This document shows positions 9,067-18,491 of a stretch of DNA of 64,000 nt, one piece after another. Position numbers and translations under genes: made by a program. Positions within the stretch are counted from its first letter, which is position 1, and the number at the start of each line of letters is the position of its first letter. Below the pieces are notes generated by a model, which made no database searches, had not been told where the DNA came from, and saw only the letters and a program-made list of their open reading frames with translations. The stretch spans positions 1 to 64,000 of the forward strand of contig JAXMOL010000041.1 of assembly GCA_034669905.1 (NCBI GenBank), read 5' to 3'. Source of the DNA: Candidatus Hydrogenedentota bacterium. GTDB taxonomy: Bacteria > Hydrogenedentota > Hydrogenedentia > Hydrogenedentales > JAEUWI01.

Positions 9067-11397
9067 ATGAAAACCCCTTACATCGCGGCAGTTTTCTGCC
9101 TCATCGCCCTGACGGGCTTCGCCGCCGAGCTCACCCCCATCAAGGTCGGCACTTACCCCCAGGAAATCGGCCACGCCTACACCACGGCCGATGGACTGCC
9201 CAGTGACAGCGTAAACGCCGTCGCCGTAGCAGATGACGGCACGGTGTACGCCGGGACCGATACGGGGCTGGCACAGTGGACAGGCGCGGGTTGGATGGCT
9301 GTCTCCGGCGCACCCGAAGGGCCCATTCGTCATATTGCCACCCAATATGATGGGATTGTCGTTGCAAGCGACACGGCACTCTTTGAGAAAACGGAATCCG
9401 CGACCTGGCGTCAGGTTTGCGTGCTACCCCACCCCCCAACGACACTCACCTTGGATGGCGGGTGGATCCACATAGGCACCGGCGCGGGTCTCTATTCCTT
9501 CTACGATGGCCAACTGGTGGCCGATGAAGGACTGAACGAACAGCTCGGCGCCCTGAACACGATTCGACAACTTGCCACGCGGACCTTCGGACCCGATGAC
9601 GACGTCATGGCCGTGGCTACCGAGCGTGGTCTCTTCCTGAACTCTCCCACGGGCTGGTACCGTATCTTTCCAGAATCAGGGCACCGAAGCTGGACCGGCA
9701 AGGACGCCCGGGGGGTCTTGGTCTTGGAGAATCACCGCCTGTGTTTCGCAAGCCCCCAGGGCGTGGGTATCGGAGACGAACTCTTCGAAGGCAAAGACGG
9801 CCTCCCCTACAACGACTTCACGTGTATGACCGAAGGCCCCGAGGGCGAAATCTGGTTTGGGACGACCAAGGGCGCCATCCGCTACGACGGCGAGCATTGG
9901 GCCTTCCGCGAAGGGCTGCGGTGGCTGCCAGACAACCACGTGCGCGATATCGCGGTCTCACCGAATGGGGACGCGTGGTTTGCCACGGCGAAGGGGGTGG
10001 GCCGCATCGAGCGCCGTCCCATGACGCTGGCGGAAAAGGCGAAGTTCTACGAAGACGAGATTGATCTATACAACCGGCGCACGCCCTATGGCTACGTGGT
10101 GTGGGCCCCCCTGGGCACGCCCGGTGATAAGTCCACCGCCACCCGGCGCGATGACGACAACGACGGCCAGTGGACCGCCGAGTATGGTGCGGCCCAGTGT
10201 TTCGCCTATGCCGCCACCAAAGACCCCAAGGCCAAAGCGCGGGCCACGGCGGCCTTTGAAGCGCTGCGCTTCCTCAGCCAGGTCACCCAGGGCGGTTCCA
10301 ACCCCGCGCCCAAAGGCTTCCCCGCCCGGACCATCTGGCCCACGGACAGTCCGCGCAATCCCAACGAAGATCCCCAATACACCATCGCCCACCAGGAAAA
10401 GAAGCAGCAGGGCGATTCATTGTGGAAGGTCATCGATCCCCGCTGGCCCACGAGTGAAGATGGCCAGTGGTATTGGAAGTGCGACACCAGCTCCGATGAG
10501 CTCGACGGTCACTATTTCCTTAACGCCTGTTACTTTGATCTCGTGGCCGAGACGGATGAAGAAAAGGCACGGGTGGCGGCGGTGGTGCGCGACATGACCG
10601 ATCACCTGATTGACCATGAGTTTAAGCTCGTGGACCACGACGGCAAGCCCACGCGTTGGGCCCGCTACGGCCCCGACACGGTCAATGGGGACCCCAACTT
10701 CTGGCCCGAGCACGGACTGAACTCCATGAGCATGTTGTCCTACCTGCGGACGGCGGCCCACGTGACGGGCGACCAAAAATATAACGCCGTGGCCGATGAA
10801 CTCATCGCAAATCACGGTTATGCCATGAACTCCATGTTCCCCAAATACCAGAAGGGCCCCGGTTCTTTTGTTCAGTTTGACGACGAGATGGCCTTCATGA
10901 ACTACTACAACCTCCTCGCCTATGAGACGGACCCCAAGGTCCGCGAGATGATGGCCCTGAGCTGGCGGGACTACTGGGAGATCGAAGTCTTCGAGCGGAA
11001 CCCCTTCTACAACTTTGCCTTCGCCGCACGCTGCACCGGGGCCACCTTCACCTCGCCTTGGGGCACGCGGGATCTCACGCCCGACCAAAGCGCCATCGAC
11101 GACAGTGTGGACACGCTCAAACGCTATCCCCTGAATCTCATCAACTGGAGCCAGACCAACAGCCACCGGCTCGACATCCTGCCCCTCTCCCCCGTGGTCC
11201 GTGAAGGCGACGAGGCAAAGGGAAAGGGGTACCAACGGGACGGCAAGGTCCTGCCCATTGATGAGCGCTTCCAGCACGTGTGGAGCGACGATTCCTGGCA
11301 GCTCGACACAGACGGCCGGGGCGACCAACTGGCCACGGGCATGCCCTTCTTGCTGGGCTATTACATGGGCCTCTATCACGGGTACATTGTGGAGTAG
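9067..11397 (+). CDS. Secreted protein: N-terminal beta-propeller (regulator-propeller-like) plus C-terminal alpha-helical toroid (six-hairpin-glycosidase-like) domain
   Basis: Signal peptide; DGLPSDSV, DGLPYNDF, IWFGT and AWFAT propeller repeats; helical C-terminal half with DDNDGQWT and DTSSDELDGH acidic motifs. Confidence 0.6.
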   Translation: MKTPYIAAVFCLIALTGFAAELTPIKVGTYPQEIGHAYTTADGLPSDSVNAVAVADDGTVYAGTDTGLAQWTGAGWMAVSGAPEGPIRHIATQYDGIVVASDTALFEKTESATWRQVCVLPHPPTTLTLDGGWIHIGTGAGLYSFYDGQLVADEGLNEQLGALNTIRQLATRTFGPDDDVMAVATERGLFLNSPTGWYRIFPESGHRSWTGKDARGVLVLENHRLCFASPQGVGIGDELFEGKDGLPYNDFTCMTEGPEGEIWFGTTKGAIRYDGEHWAFREGLRWLPDNHVRDIAVSPNGDAWFATAKGVGRIERRPMTLAEKAKFYEDEIDLYNRRTPYGYVVWAPLGTPGDKSTATRRDDDNDGQWTAEYGAAQCFAYAATKDPKAKARATAAFEALRFLSQVTQGGSNPAPKGFPARTIWPTDSPRNPNEDPQYTIAHQEKKQQGDSLWKVIDPRWPTSEDGQWYWKCDTSSDELDGHYFLNACYFDLVAETDEEKARVAAVVRDMTDHLIDHEFKLVDHDGKPTRWARYGPDTVNGDPNFWPEHGLNSMSMLSYLRTAAHVTGDQKYNAVADELIANHGYAMNSMFPKYQKGPGSFVQFDDEMAFMNYYNLLAYETDPKVREMMALSWRDYWEIEVFERNPFYNFAFAARCTGATFTSPWGTRDLTPDQSAIDDSVDTLKRYPLNLINWSQTNSHRLDILPLSPVVREGDEAKGKGYQRDGKVLPIDERFQHVWSDDSWQLDTDGRGDQLATGMPFLLGYYMGLYHGYIVE

Positions 11398-11413
11398 ACG
11401 GGGGGCGTCATCT

Positions 11414-11676
11414 GGGACTGCCTTCGCACCTGCAATGACCATGAAATGCAATAAGGTCGTGCCCTAACATGGGGCACGAGGTGGCAGCCTCATTACCACG
11501 GTGTGCGAGGCTGTACCGGCTTTGTTGGTGAATGTGCATGGTAACCACGCAAACGAAGCGACCTATCACATCCCCCCGTGAAAAGCAGGACGCCCGAATC
11601 AGACCCTCCCCGATGACCCAAAGCCTTCCCTGCTCCACGCACACGAACCGGCTTAGACCGGATCGCGTGGCACGGG
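11414..11676 (+). repeat. 104-bp palindromic element with extended ~160-bp tail shared with the 16507 copy
   Basis: 11414-11517 core; CCCCCCGTGAAAAGCAGGACGCCCGAATCAGA also at ~16660-16691. Confidence 0.85.
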
Positions 11677-11715
11677 ATTTCCCGGGCGGTCCTGATACGT
11701 CACGGAAGCCCTGTA

Positions 11716-12141
11716 TCAGGGCTGAAAAAACAGACCTGCAACCTGGCCTTCGGCATCGTAGACCACTTTGGTCTTGAGCGTGGCCTTTTCAAAGACCGTG
11801 GTGATGTAGACCACATCATAGCCCGCTTCCTCGGCTTCCCATGTGTTGGTGCGCTCTACGAACGGACCCACCTGTTGTTCAAGTTGGGTCACGGTTGTGG
11901 CCAGCGTTTCCGCGGGCAACGCAGCCGTCATGGTGGCATCAAACTCGGCGACCACCGGGCCGTATTCTCCCGCCACGATGTGATCGAGCAGGGCCGTTGC
12001 CTTTGCTACATTGGCAGAATCGGACACGGCGGGAGCAGGCTGGGGCGTGGTGTCGCTGGTCGTCGCGGGCGGTTGATTGCAGGATGAAAGCACCCCTGCG
12101 GTCAATGCGATGGCCGCGGTAGCGGCAAAATGGCGGATCAT
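11716..12141 (-). CDS. DUF3887-like lipoprotein
   Basis: Lipobox LSSC; FDATMTAALP...FEK...GQVAGLFFQP pattern. Confidence 0.7.
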   Translation of the reverse strand: MIRHFAATAAIALTAGVLSSCNQPPATTSDTTPQPAPAVSDSANVAKATALLDHIVAGEYGPVVAEFDATMTAALPAETLATTVTQLEQQVGPFVERTNTWEAEEAGYDVVYITTVFEKATLKTKVVYDAEGQVAGLFFQP

Positions 12142-12309
12142 GGCGGGTTCCTCCCGGAGTTGGCCGGACCGTTGCGGCCCGATAAGGTAACTACCGCCGG
12201 GCCGTCCGTATTATTCACACGCAGGCGCTGATTCGCATCGGGGGCGCTGCCGCGATCGCGGGGTCATCATTGCGTATACTGTGACAATTAGCAACCCGGG
12301 AGACCGCAC

Positions 12310-13665
12310 ATGCCTAGCCTTTGGAGTTCTGTTCTCAATGCCTGCCTGCTGGGTACCATCGCCCTGACCGCCGCCGCGGAAGAGCGGCAGCTCACCTTCA
12401 CACCCAAGCACCACGACCTGGATGGCACCCACAACTTCTCTGCCGACGACCAGTTCCTCGTCTATGACACCCGGGGACTGGCCGGTCCGGGCATCGACAA
12501 TTCCCAGTCGATTGAAAAAGTATCCGTCGACACGGGGAAGGAAACGGTGCTCTATCGCCCGAGCGAAATACTCACGGGCCCCGAGGGCATGGCCGCTCCC
12601 GGCGTGGGCGCGCCCTATTACTCCGTCGCCGATGATGTGGTGGCCTTCATCCACGGGCCCATGGTGGCGGATGTGGCGGAGCGGGGACCCTATGGGAAAA
12701 ACAACCGTACGGGCATGGAGGTCCGTGCCGATGGCTCGGGCCTGTGGCGTTGGCTCGATGCCCGCGACGTGAGCCCGGGCGAAACAACACCCGGTGCCCA
12801 TCGGGGCGGCACCCATGACCATGAATACACGACCGAAGGAACGCGCATCGGCATCACCTACGACGATGCCCTCCTGCCCGAATATGACCGCACGATTGCC
12901 TACCTGGAACGACACCGCGACGCACCGGAGGAAGCCTCCCACTACTTCGCCCTGCTGGTCCCGGTGGCGAAGAAAGGCCACGCAAAGCCCGGCGAGATGG
13001 AACGGGCCTGGGGCGACAACTGGGTGGATGAACAGGGCACCATGCGGGCCTTCATTGGCAAGGTGCGGGCGGCCGATGGCGAAGGCTATGAACAATCTTT
13101 ATTCGTGGTGGACATCCCAGAGACGGTAGACATCACCACGGCGGACTCCGGCTCCGACACGCGCTTTCCGGGGCCGCCGAAGGGCACTACAATCCGTCGT
13201 CTCACCAAGGACTTCGCCGACGGCATCGTACGCTGTCACGAGCCGACGGCGCGTATCGCCTACTATGGCGGCGACGCGGAGGGACCGAAGCAGATCTTCG
13301 TCGTCCCGGCGACCGGCGGTGCCGCCCATCCCGATCCCGCGATGCGCCCCGTGCAGGTGAGCCATTTCGAAAGGGGCGTGACAGGCGGCCTGCGCTGGCA
13401 TCCCGACGGCACGGCCATTGCCTGTATCGTCGACAATGGGGTGGCGGTGGTATCGCTGGTGGAGAAGGATGGCGCCTTCGGAAAGGTCACCTACCTGACG
13501 CCCCGCAACGACACCCCCGAGCGCCTCAATCTCGTCTGGTCCCACGATGGCAAGACACTGGCCTTCAACAAACGGGTCGAGACCAAAGGCCCGACCGGTG
13601 AGGTCGTGACCGGCTTCGATGGCCGGGATCTATTGCAGATCTTTTTGGTGGACGCAGGAACGTAA
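12310..13665 (+). CDS. YidR/DUF3748-family TolB-like beta-propeller protein
   Basis: Signal peptide; QLTFTPKHHDL...FSADDQFLVYDTR, FIHGP, LDARD, GAHRGGTH and RRLT motifs typical of YidR. Confidence 0.75.
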   Translation: MPSLWSSVLNACLLGTIALTAAAEERQLTFTPKHHDLDGTHNFSADDQFLVYDTRGLAGPGIDNSQSIEKVSVDTGKETVLYRPSEILTGPEGMAAPGVGAPYYSVADDVVAFIHGPMVADVAERGPYGKNNRTGMEVRADGSGLWRWLDARDVSPGETTPGAHRGGTHDHEYTTEGTRIGITYDDALLPEYDRTIAYLERHRDAPEEASHYFALLVPVAKKGHAKPGEMERAWGDNWVDEQGTMRAFIGKVRAADGEGYEQSLFVVDIPETVDITTADSGSDTRFPGPPKGTTIRRLTKDFADGIVRCHEPTARIAYYGGDAEGPKQIFVVPATGGAAHPDPAMRPVQVSHFERGVTGGLRWHPDGTAIACIVDNGVAVVSLVEKDGAFGKVTYLTPRNDTPERLNLVWSHDGKTLAFNKRVETKGPTGEVVTGFDGRDLLQIFLVDAGT

Positions 13666-14409
13666 TTACTTGCCCGTTTTCGGCAGGAACAGTATTGCCC
13701 CCGGAGCGAAGTCTGCGGAATCAACATGGCCCGCATGCTTCTTGTCACCGCTTACCATGTGGATGTGGGTCGCATCACCATGGTGCGTGAAGACCCCGGC
13801 ATGGGCCGTGGAATACACCCCAATGAGCGTCACGGGGATATCCTTCACTTCGAAGAAACGCATTAACTCTCGGTGGGGCCTGGTGATGGTGTATCCGCCG
13901 TCGGTGTTCGAAATCACATGATAGGACACGCGCGCTGTGGCCGTCTCCACCTTAAACGGAAAAGGACGCGTCATATCAATGCCATGGGTACGGGCCGTTT
14001 CGGCCGTCCACGACGCCAGGGCGGCCAGATCGGTCACGGTTTCAGGCACCTTGTATTGGACCCACCGAGCGACTTGGCCATAGACCAGGAAAGGTGCCTG
14101 ATGCGCCCAGGTCTGCTCAATCTCCACCTTGCCCTCCACCACGCGGGAAATATAGGCCGCGCCGTCTAGCACGGTAATCTCACCCCGAAGCCCTGCCAGT
14201 GGCCCCAATGCGAAGCCCATTGGCTTTTGCGCGCACTTCGCCAGATCCGCCTGGGGGCTGGCGTCCCCTTCGCGGTGGACCTTCATGAGCTTGCCAACCC
14301 AGGCCACGTGATAGCCCTCTGTGACGGGGGCCTCGGCCGCGACCGTCGGCGTGTTGAGTACGAAGGTTGCGACCAGCAGGCCGAAGAGAATTTTGTGCCA
14401 GGTATTCAT
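13666..14409 (-). CDS. Exported alpha-acetolactate-decarboxylase-like protein
   Basis: LGPLAGLRGEITVLDG and HIHMVSGDKKHAGHV (HxH...H zinc site); signal peptide. Confidence 0.7.
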   Translation of the reverse strand: MNTWHKILFGLLVATFVLNTPTVAAEAPVTEGYHVAWVGKLMKVHREGDASPQADLAKCAQKPMGFALGPLAGLRGEITVLDGAAYISRVVEGKVEIEQTWAHQAPFLVYGQVARWVQYKVPETVTDLAALASWTAETARTHGIDMTRPFPFKVETATARVSYHVISNTDGGYTITRPHRELMRFFEVKDIPVTLIGVYSTAHAGVFTHHGDATHIHMVSGDKKHAGHVDSADFAPGAILFLPKTGK

Positions 14410-14537
14410 CCTGTACCTCCAGCTAAAATCGGTTCATGGATGGGTATTCGAACCGCTCAGGACAGCAGCCCGCAGCCCCACGATCACGCTTTGGTATCCC
14501 CAAAGCGCGATCGCGTGGTTCCGGGACATTCCTGCGC

Positions 14538-15005
14538 CTAGTAGTCGAGGATCTTGTCTGCCTCCAACAGCAGATTCGGAATGGTGTTTTCTGCGGGTAC
14601 GCCAATCGTGGCACCTGGTCGGAGATCTTCGGCGCCAATACCGGCCGCTGCCGCGCAATGGGGACACACGATCACCTGACCGCCCCCTTTGACAAATCCC
14701 TCATAGTGGGTGGCGAGGGGCTCGTGGGCCGTACCCCACATAACGTTCAGCGGGAGTCGGCTGTCCACCAGCCGTACGCCCTCCAGATCGACGAATAACG
14801 TGACATCGGCGCCCCCCGCCTGCATGGCGGACGCCAGTTTTACGGCCATGAAGACGGCGTGCAAATCACCGGTATATTTCGACAGGTGGACCACCACGTT
14901 TTGTCCATCGCCCATTTTGACCGATTGGGCCGTGTTGGAAACACCGAGGGTAAGACCAACGACAATGAGCGGCACGATGAGAAAGAGGATGTACTTGGCT
15001 CTCAT
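14538..15005 (-). CDS. DsrE/DsrF-like family protein, exported or membrane-anchored
   Basis: VTLFVDLEGVRL, GGQVIVCPHC, ADKILDY; N-terminal hydrophobic helix. Confidence 0.75.
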   Translation of the reverse strand: MRAKYILFLIVPLIVVGLTLGVSNTAQSVKMGDGQNVVVHLSKYTGDLHAVFMAVKLASAMQAGGADVTLFVDLEGVRLVDSRLPLNVMWGTAHEPLATHYEGFVKGGGQVIVCPHCAAAAGIGAEDLRPGATIGVPAENTIPNLLLEADKILDY

Positions 15006-15296
15006 GACTGAGTTCTCCTGATGGGTTTGTATGCGTTGCCATCATGGAGCATAAATCAGACCAAGCGTATGGCGGACACCCATTTCATGCAGGCACGTAT
15101 TCATCCGGTAGTTACGGGACCGTGCAACACCCCCGATGCTGCGGCGCCCTGTGCAACATGTGCGCAATTTCAACGGGTGTGCGCATTTTTCCCTGCACAG
15201 AAATGTGCTGTGCCGTCTCAGTCGGGTTTCATTGGGAACTCGGAATGTTGGGAAGGGGTAGGGCATGCGCTAGTCGGGGCCGTCTTTCTCGCTCCG

Positions 15297-15778
15297 GGCA
15301 CCCCGTATGCCGGCGGGCCGCCGGCGCTCCATAGTATCGCGTAGGCACGGGGACTGCCTTCGCATCTGTATCGGCCATGAAATGCAAAAAGGCCGTGACC
15401 TACATCTGGATACGCGGTGACAACCCCATCACTACGGTGTGCGAGGCTGTACCGGCAGTGTTGGTGACGTCACCGTAACCACGCAAAGGAAGCGACCTAT
15501 CATCATCCCCCCGGAAACAATACGCCCGCCGAAGTCGACAGTGGCGTCCTGACATGGTCATCCCTCCACACACACGAATTCTCCTCCGGCGAATCTTCGA
15601 CCCGCAGGGCCGGATCGCGTGGCACGGGGACATGATCCCCGGTCCAGGAAGTGCGCGGCACCCCGTATGCCGCCGGGCCGCCGGGGCTCCATAGTATCGC
15701 GTAGGCACGGAACGTTATTCCCGTCAGTTATACATAAAATGGGCCGTGGCTTTGCAGTCCTGGTCGACCTTGATTCGC
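15297..15778 (+). repeat. Left copy of the direct duplication flanking vapBC; includes a 104-bp element and a 55-bp copy of the 3' end of the 16854-18290 gene
   Basis: 15344-15778 parallels 16501-16908 (middle part diverged); internal 54-bp direct repeat 15297-15350 / 15657-15710. Confidence 0.85.
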
Positions 15779-15780
15779 GC

Positions 15781-16176
15781 TTAGACGGGCGCTTCAAACC
15801 CGGTGGACTCCAACGCCGCCTGATCGAAGCTCAGTACGACGGAACATCCCGATGCGGTGGCCAATTCGCGGATGAGGTAATCGGAAAAATCCGCCTTACC
15901 ACCCGCAAATTCCCGCAACGCGCGCCGACATAGTTCTCCGCGTTCGATCTCGAAATCCGATGCCGCCAGTATATGTTCAAACAAGGCAACACAATCGGGC
16001 TTCGGGATCTTGTAGGCCGATTTCAGTACCCAGAGTAATTCGCACAAGACCACCATCGCGATGAACCCACGATTCTCGGGCGTGAGCGTTGCAATGGCTC
16101 GGCTGGCTTTCGCAGATTGTACGGGGTCATCTTGGACCACATGACGAACCAGCACATTGGTATCAAGGGCTATCAA
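15781..16176 (-). CDS. vapC: VapC-family PIN-domain toxin
   Basis: MIALDTNVLVR, VLCELLWVL, ADFSDYLI, LSFD; 4-bp overlap with the antitoxin. Confidence 0.9.
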   Translation of the reverse strand: MIALDTNVLVRHVVQDDPVQSAKASRAIATLTPENRGFIAMVVLCELLWVLKSAYKIPKPDCVALFEHILAASDFEIERGELCRRALREFAGGKADFSDYLIRELATASGCSVVLSFDQAALESTGFEAPV

Positions 16177-16421
16177 CGGTTACGGCGTCCAGCGTTTTCT
16201 GCGATGGCCCGCTCCATATCCTCCAGGCTTTTGGGTGGACCCGTGTACTTATCCTTCAGGAACCCCTTCAGACGTGAGGCGCACGCCGTTTTCGGTCTCA
16301 GGGCGTAGGAGCCGTCTTCATTCCGCTCAAAGGCGATCCGATCTCCGGAGCGGAGATGGAGTTCATCCCGCAGTGCCTTCGGCAGCGTGATTTGGCCCTT
16401 GCTTGTAAGGGTAGATTCCAT
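16173..16421 (-). CDS. vapB: AbrB/MazE/SpoVT-family antitoxin
   Basis: STLTSKGQITLPKALRDELHLRSGDRIAF. Confidence 0.9.
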   Translation of the reverse strand: MESTLTSKGQITLPKALRDELHLRSGDRIAFERNEDGSYALRPKTACASRLKGFLKDKYTGPPKSLEDMERAIAENAGRRNR

Positions 16422-16449
16422 CTTGGGGCTTCCTCGTTTCGTCCTCTAT

Positions 16450-16488
16450 TCCTTACCTAATTGTAAGGAGAATGCGGCGGGCTGTCAA
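16450..16488 (-). promoter_or_regulatory. Sigma70 promoter of vapBC with overlapping palindromic operator
   Basis: Minus strand TTGACA (16488-16483), 17 bp, TACAAT (16465-16460); inverted repeat TCCTTAC-N6-GTAAGGA at 16450-16469. Confidence 0.8.
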
Positions 16489-16500
16489 GGCATGGGGCGT

Positions 16501-16908
16501 GGCACGGGGACTGCCTTCGCACCTGTATTGGCCATGAAATGCGATAAGGTCGTGCCCTACATCTGGATACGCGGTGACAACCCCATCACTACGGTGTGCG
16601 AGGCTGTACCGGCAGTGTTGGTGACGTCACCGTAACCACGCAAAGGAAGCGACTTATTTCCCCCCGTGAAAAGCAGGACGCCCGAATCAGATCCTCCCCG
16701 ATGGCTCGAATCCTTCCGCGCTCCACGCACACGAAACCACGTGGAACTCGGCATCGCGTGGCACGGGGACATGCTCCCCGGTCCAGGGAGTGCGCGGCAC
16801 TCCGTATGCCGGCGGGCCGCCGGCGCTCCATACCTTATAGAACACACACGTCCTCAGTTATACATAAAATAGGCCGTGGCCTTGCAGTCCTGGTCCACTT
16901 TGATTCGC
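16501..16908 (+). repeat. Right copy of the direct duplication flanking vapBC
   Basis: 104-bp element 16507-16610 nearly identical to 15350-15453; ends inside the 3' end of the adjacent gene. Confidence 0.85.
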
Positions 16909-18290
16909 ACCCAGTGGGCGCTGTAGCCATCGGGGAAGACGTGGTGTTGGTAGCCTTTTCCCGGCACTTCAAAGGTGTCGTACCAATGGAAGGTGCCGTC
17001 GCCCAGGAAATCGACTTCCACCCGAAATCGTACGACCTCGTCGCTGTCGTGATTAAGGTGCAAGACCTTCTTGTCGAAGCCCGTCATGAGGAAGGGGTCG
17101 GAGGTGGTGTCTTTGCGGACGGGTGTTTCCCACCAGGGCCCCCCCCAGCCTTTGGGCTTGCCCATCTGCCAGAGGTCGTCGATGTTGCCGAACCAGAAGC
17201 CCGATTGGGGCTGACCCACGGCGTTGTCGGTCTGGTCGCCCGCCATGACGAAGAGGCCCCGCCAGTAGCAGAAATCGGGCACGATGCGGAGGTGGGTGCT
17301 GATGGGCCGGATGCCCCAGAGCTTGCCGCCGTAGATCATGGGGGGCAGTTCGTAGAACATACCGTGGATGTCCATGAGATAGCGTTCGGTCTGGGCCTCG
17401 CGAATGCGCATCCACTCGGTGTTCCAGGTGTGGTCGAAGGAATGGCTGGCCTTGGGCAAGAGGTAGCGGGTCCATTTGCCCTCGTGAAGCACCCGCAGGA
17501 TGACCGAGGACTTGTCCCAGCCCGTGGCGAAGAGGGTGTTGCCGTAGCGCTTGCCCGGTGCGGGGTTCTGCTTCCCGGAAACCTCCACGAAGGGATTGCG
17601 CTCGAGGATGGTCCAGCTGTTGCCATCAAACTGGGCCAGACAGCCGCTGGCACGCCGTCCGAGGAATTCGGGCTCTTCATAGGTGTTGTTCGCCACGATG
17701 AGGCGTCCCTGGGCCGTGTGGGCCCCCTTGAAGTGGGGCTGGCCCTGAATGCCGAACTCCTGGGTCAGATCGTAGAGTTCGGTGGCTTCCAGGGAGCTGA
17801 GATCCACCTCAAAGAGCTTACCTTCCATGGTCAGGAAATAGGCCATGGTCTTGGGGTTCACCAGATGGCGTGCGGTAGCCGTAAGTCGATGACTCTTAAG
17901 AGCTTCGATGGTACGCACCGTCCCATCCGGGTCGATGACGTGGGGGCCGATAATGGCCTGGTTGCTCTCCCAGTGGACCATGCGGTTGGCGAAGGTACCG
18001 GTGACCGATTCGGGGTGCTTCCGCATGGTCATATCATCGGATATCTCGTAGAGACCGATGCCATCGCCGCGGATATGGGCCACATAGCCGATGGCCCAGA
18101 GCTTGTCCGCCCAGGGAATCAAGGCCCCGATTCCGGTTTCCGTGTTGCTGCCTACGCCTTCGGCGAATACGGTCATTTTGGGATAGACCCCGCCGATGGA
18201 GGGGTTTTCGGCCGTCTGGGACAGGGCAGCGGGACCGAACAAGAGCCCTCCCAACAGGACGATGGCATACAGGTGCGTGGTACGAATCAT
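16854..18290 (-). CDS. Secreted hypothetical protein, probably beta-propeller-rich
   Basis: Signal peptide from ATG 18290; Trp/Gly-rich beta strands (GALIPWADKLW, GGPW, SDPFLMTGFDKK). Confidence 0.7.
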   Translation of the reverse strand: MIRTTHLYAIVLLGGLLFGPAALSQTAENPSIGGVYPKMTVFAEGVGSNTETGIGALIPWADKLWAIGYVAHIRGDGIGLYEISDDMTMRKHPESVTGTFANRMVHWESNQAIIGPHVIDPDGTVRTIEALKSHRLTATARHLVNPKTMAYFLTMEGKLFEVDLSSLEATELYDLTQEFGIQGQPHFKGAHTAQGRLIVANNTYEEPEFLGRRASGCLAQFDGNSWTILERNPFVEVSGKQNPAPGKRYGNTLFATGWDKSSVILRVLHEGKWTRYLLPKASHSFDHTWNTEWMRIREAQTERYLMDIHGMFYELPPMIYGGKLWGIRPISTHLRIVPDFCYWRGLFVMAGDQTDNAVGQPQSGFWFGNIDDLWQMGKPKGWGGPWWETPVRKDTTSDPFLMTGFDKKVLHLNHDSDEVVRFRVEVDFLGDGTFHWYDTFEVPGKGYQHHVFPDGYSAHWVRIKVDQDCKATAYFMYN

Positions 18291-18491
18291 GGCTATTCCC
18301 CTTGGTACATGGCCTCGTTGAACGGATCGATGGGACGATACGCCACCACCTGCCTGCTGTGCAAACAACGCTTGGCCTCCACCCGATGGGGACGTGACAC
18401 GCCTTGTCACGCTCTAGTATGCTATGGGTTTTGCAGCGCTGATTACGACAACCCGTGCCCTTTCGGCATCTAACCCACATAGAAAGCGCCC

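Noticed and set aside
7314..16610. CRISPR array (conserved ends with variable fixed-length interiors)
   Set aside because: The units are dispersed between genes, their arms are inverted rather than direct, and no cas genes are present.
16596..18473. 625-aa plus-strand ORF
   Set aside because: Begins in repeat DNA and is antisense to a coherent secreted-protein gene.
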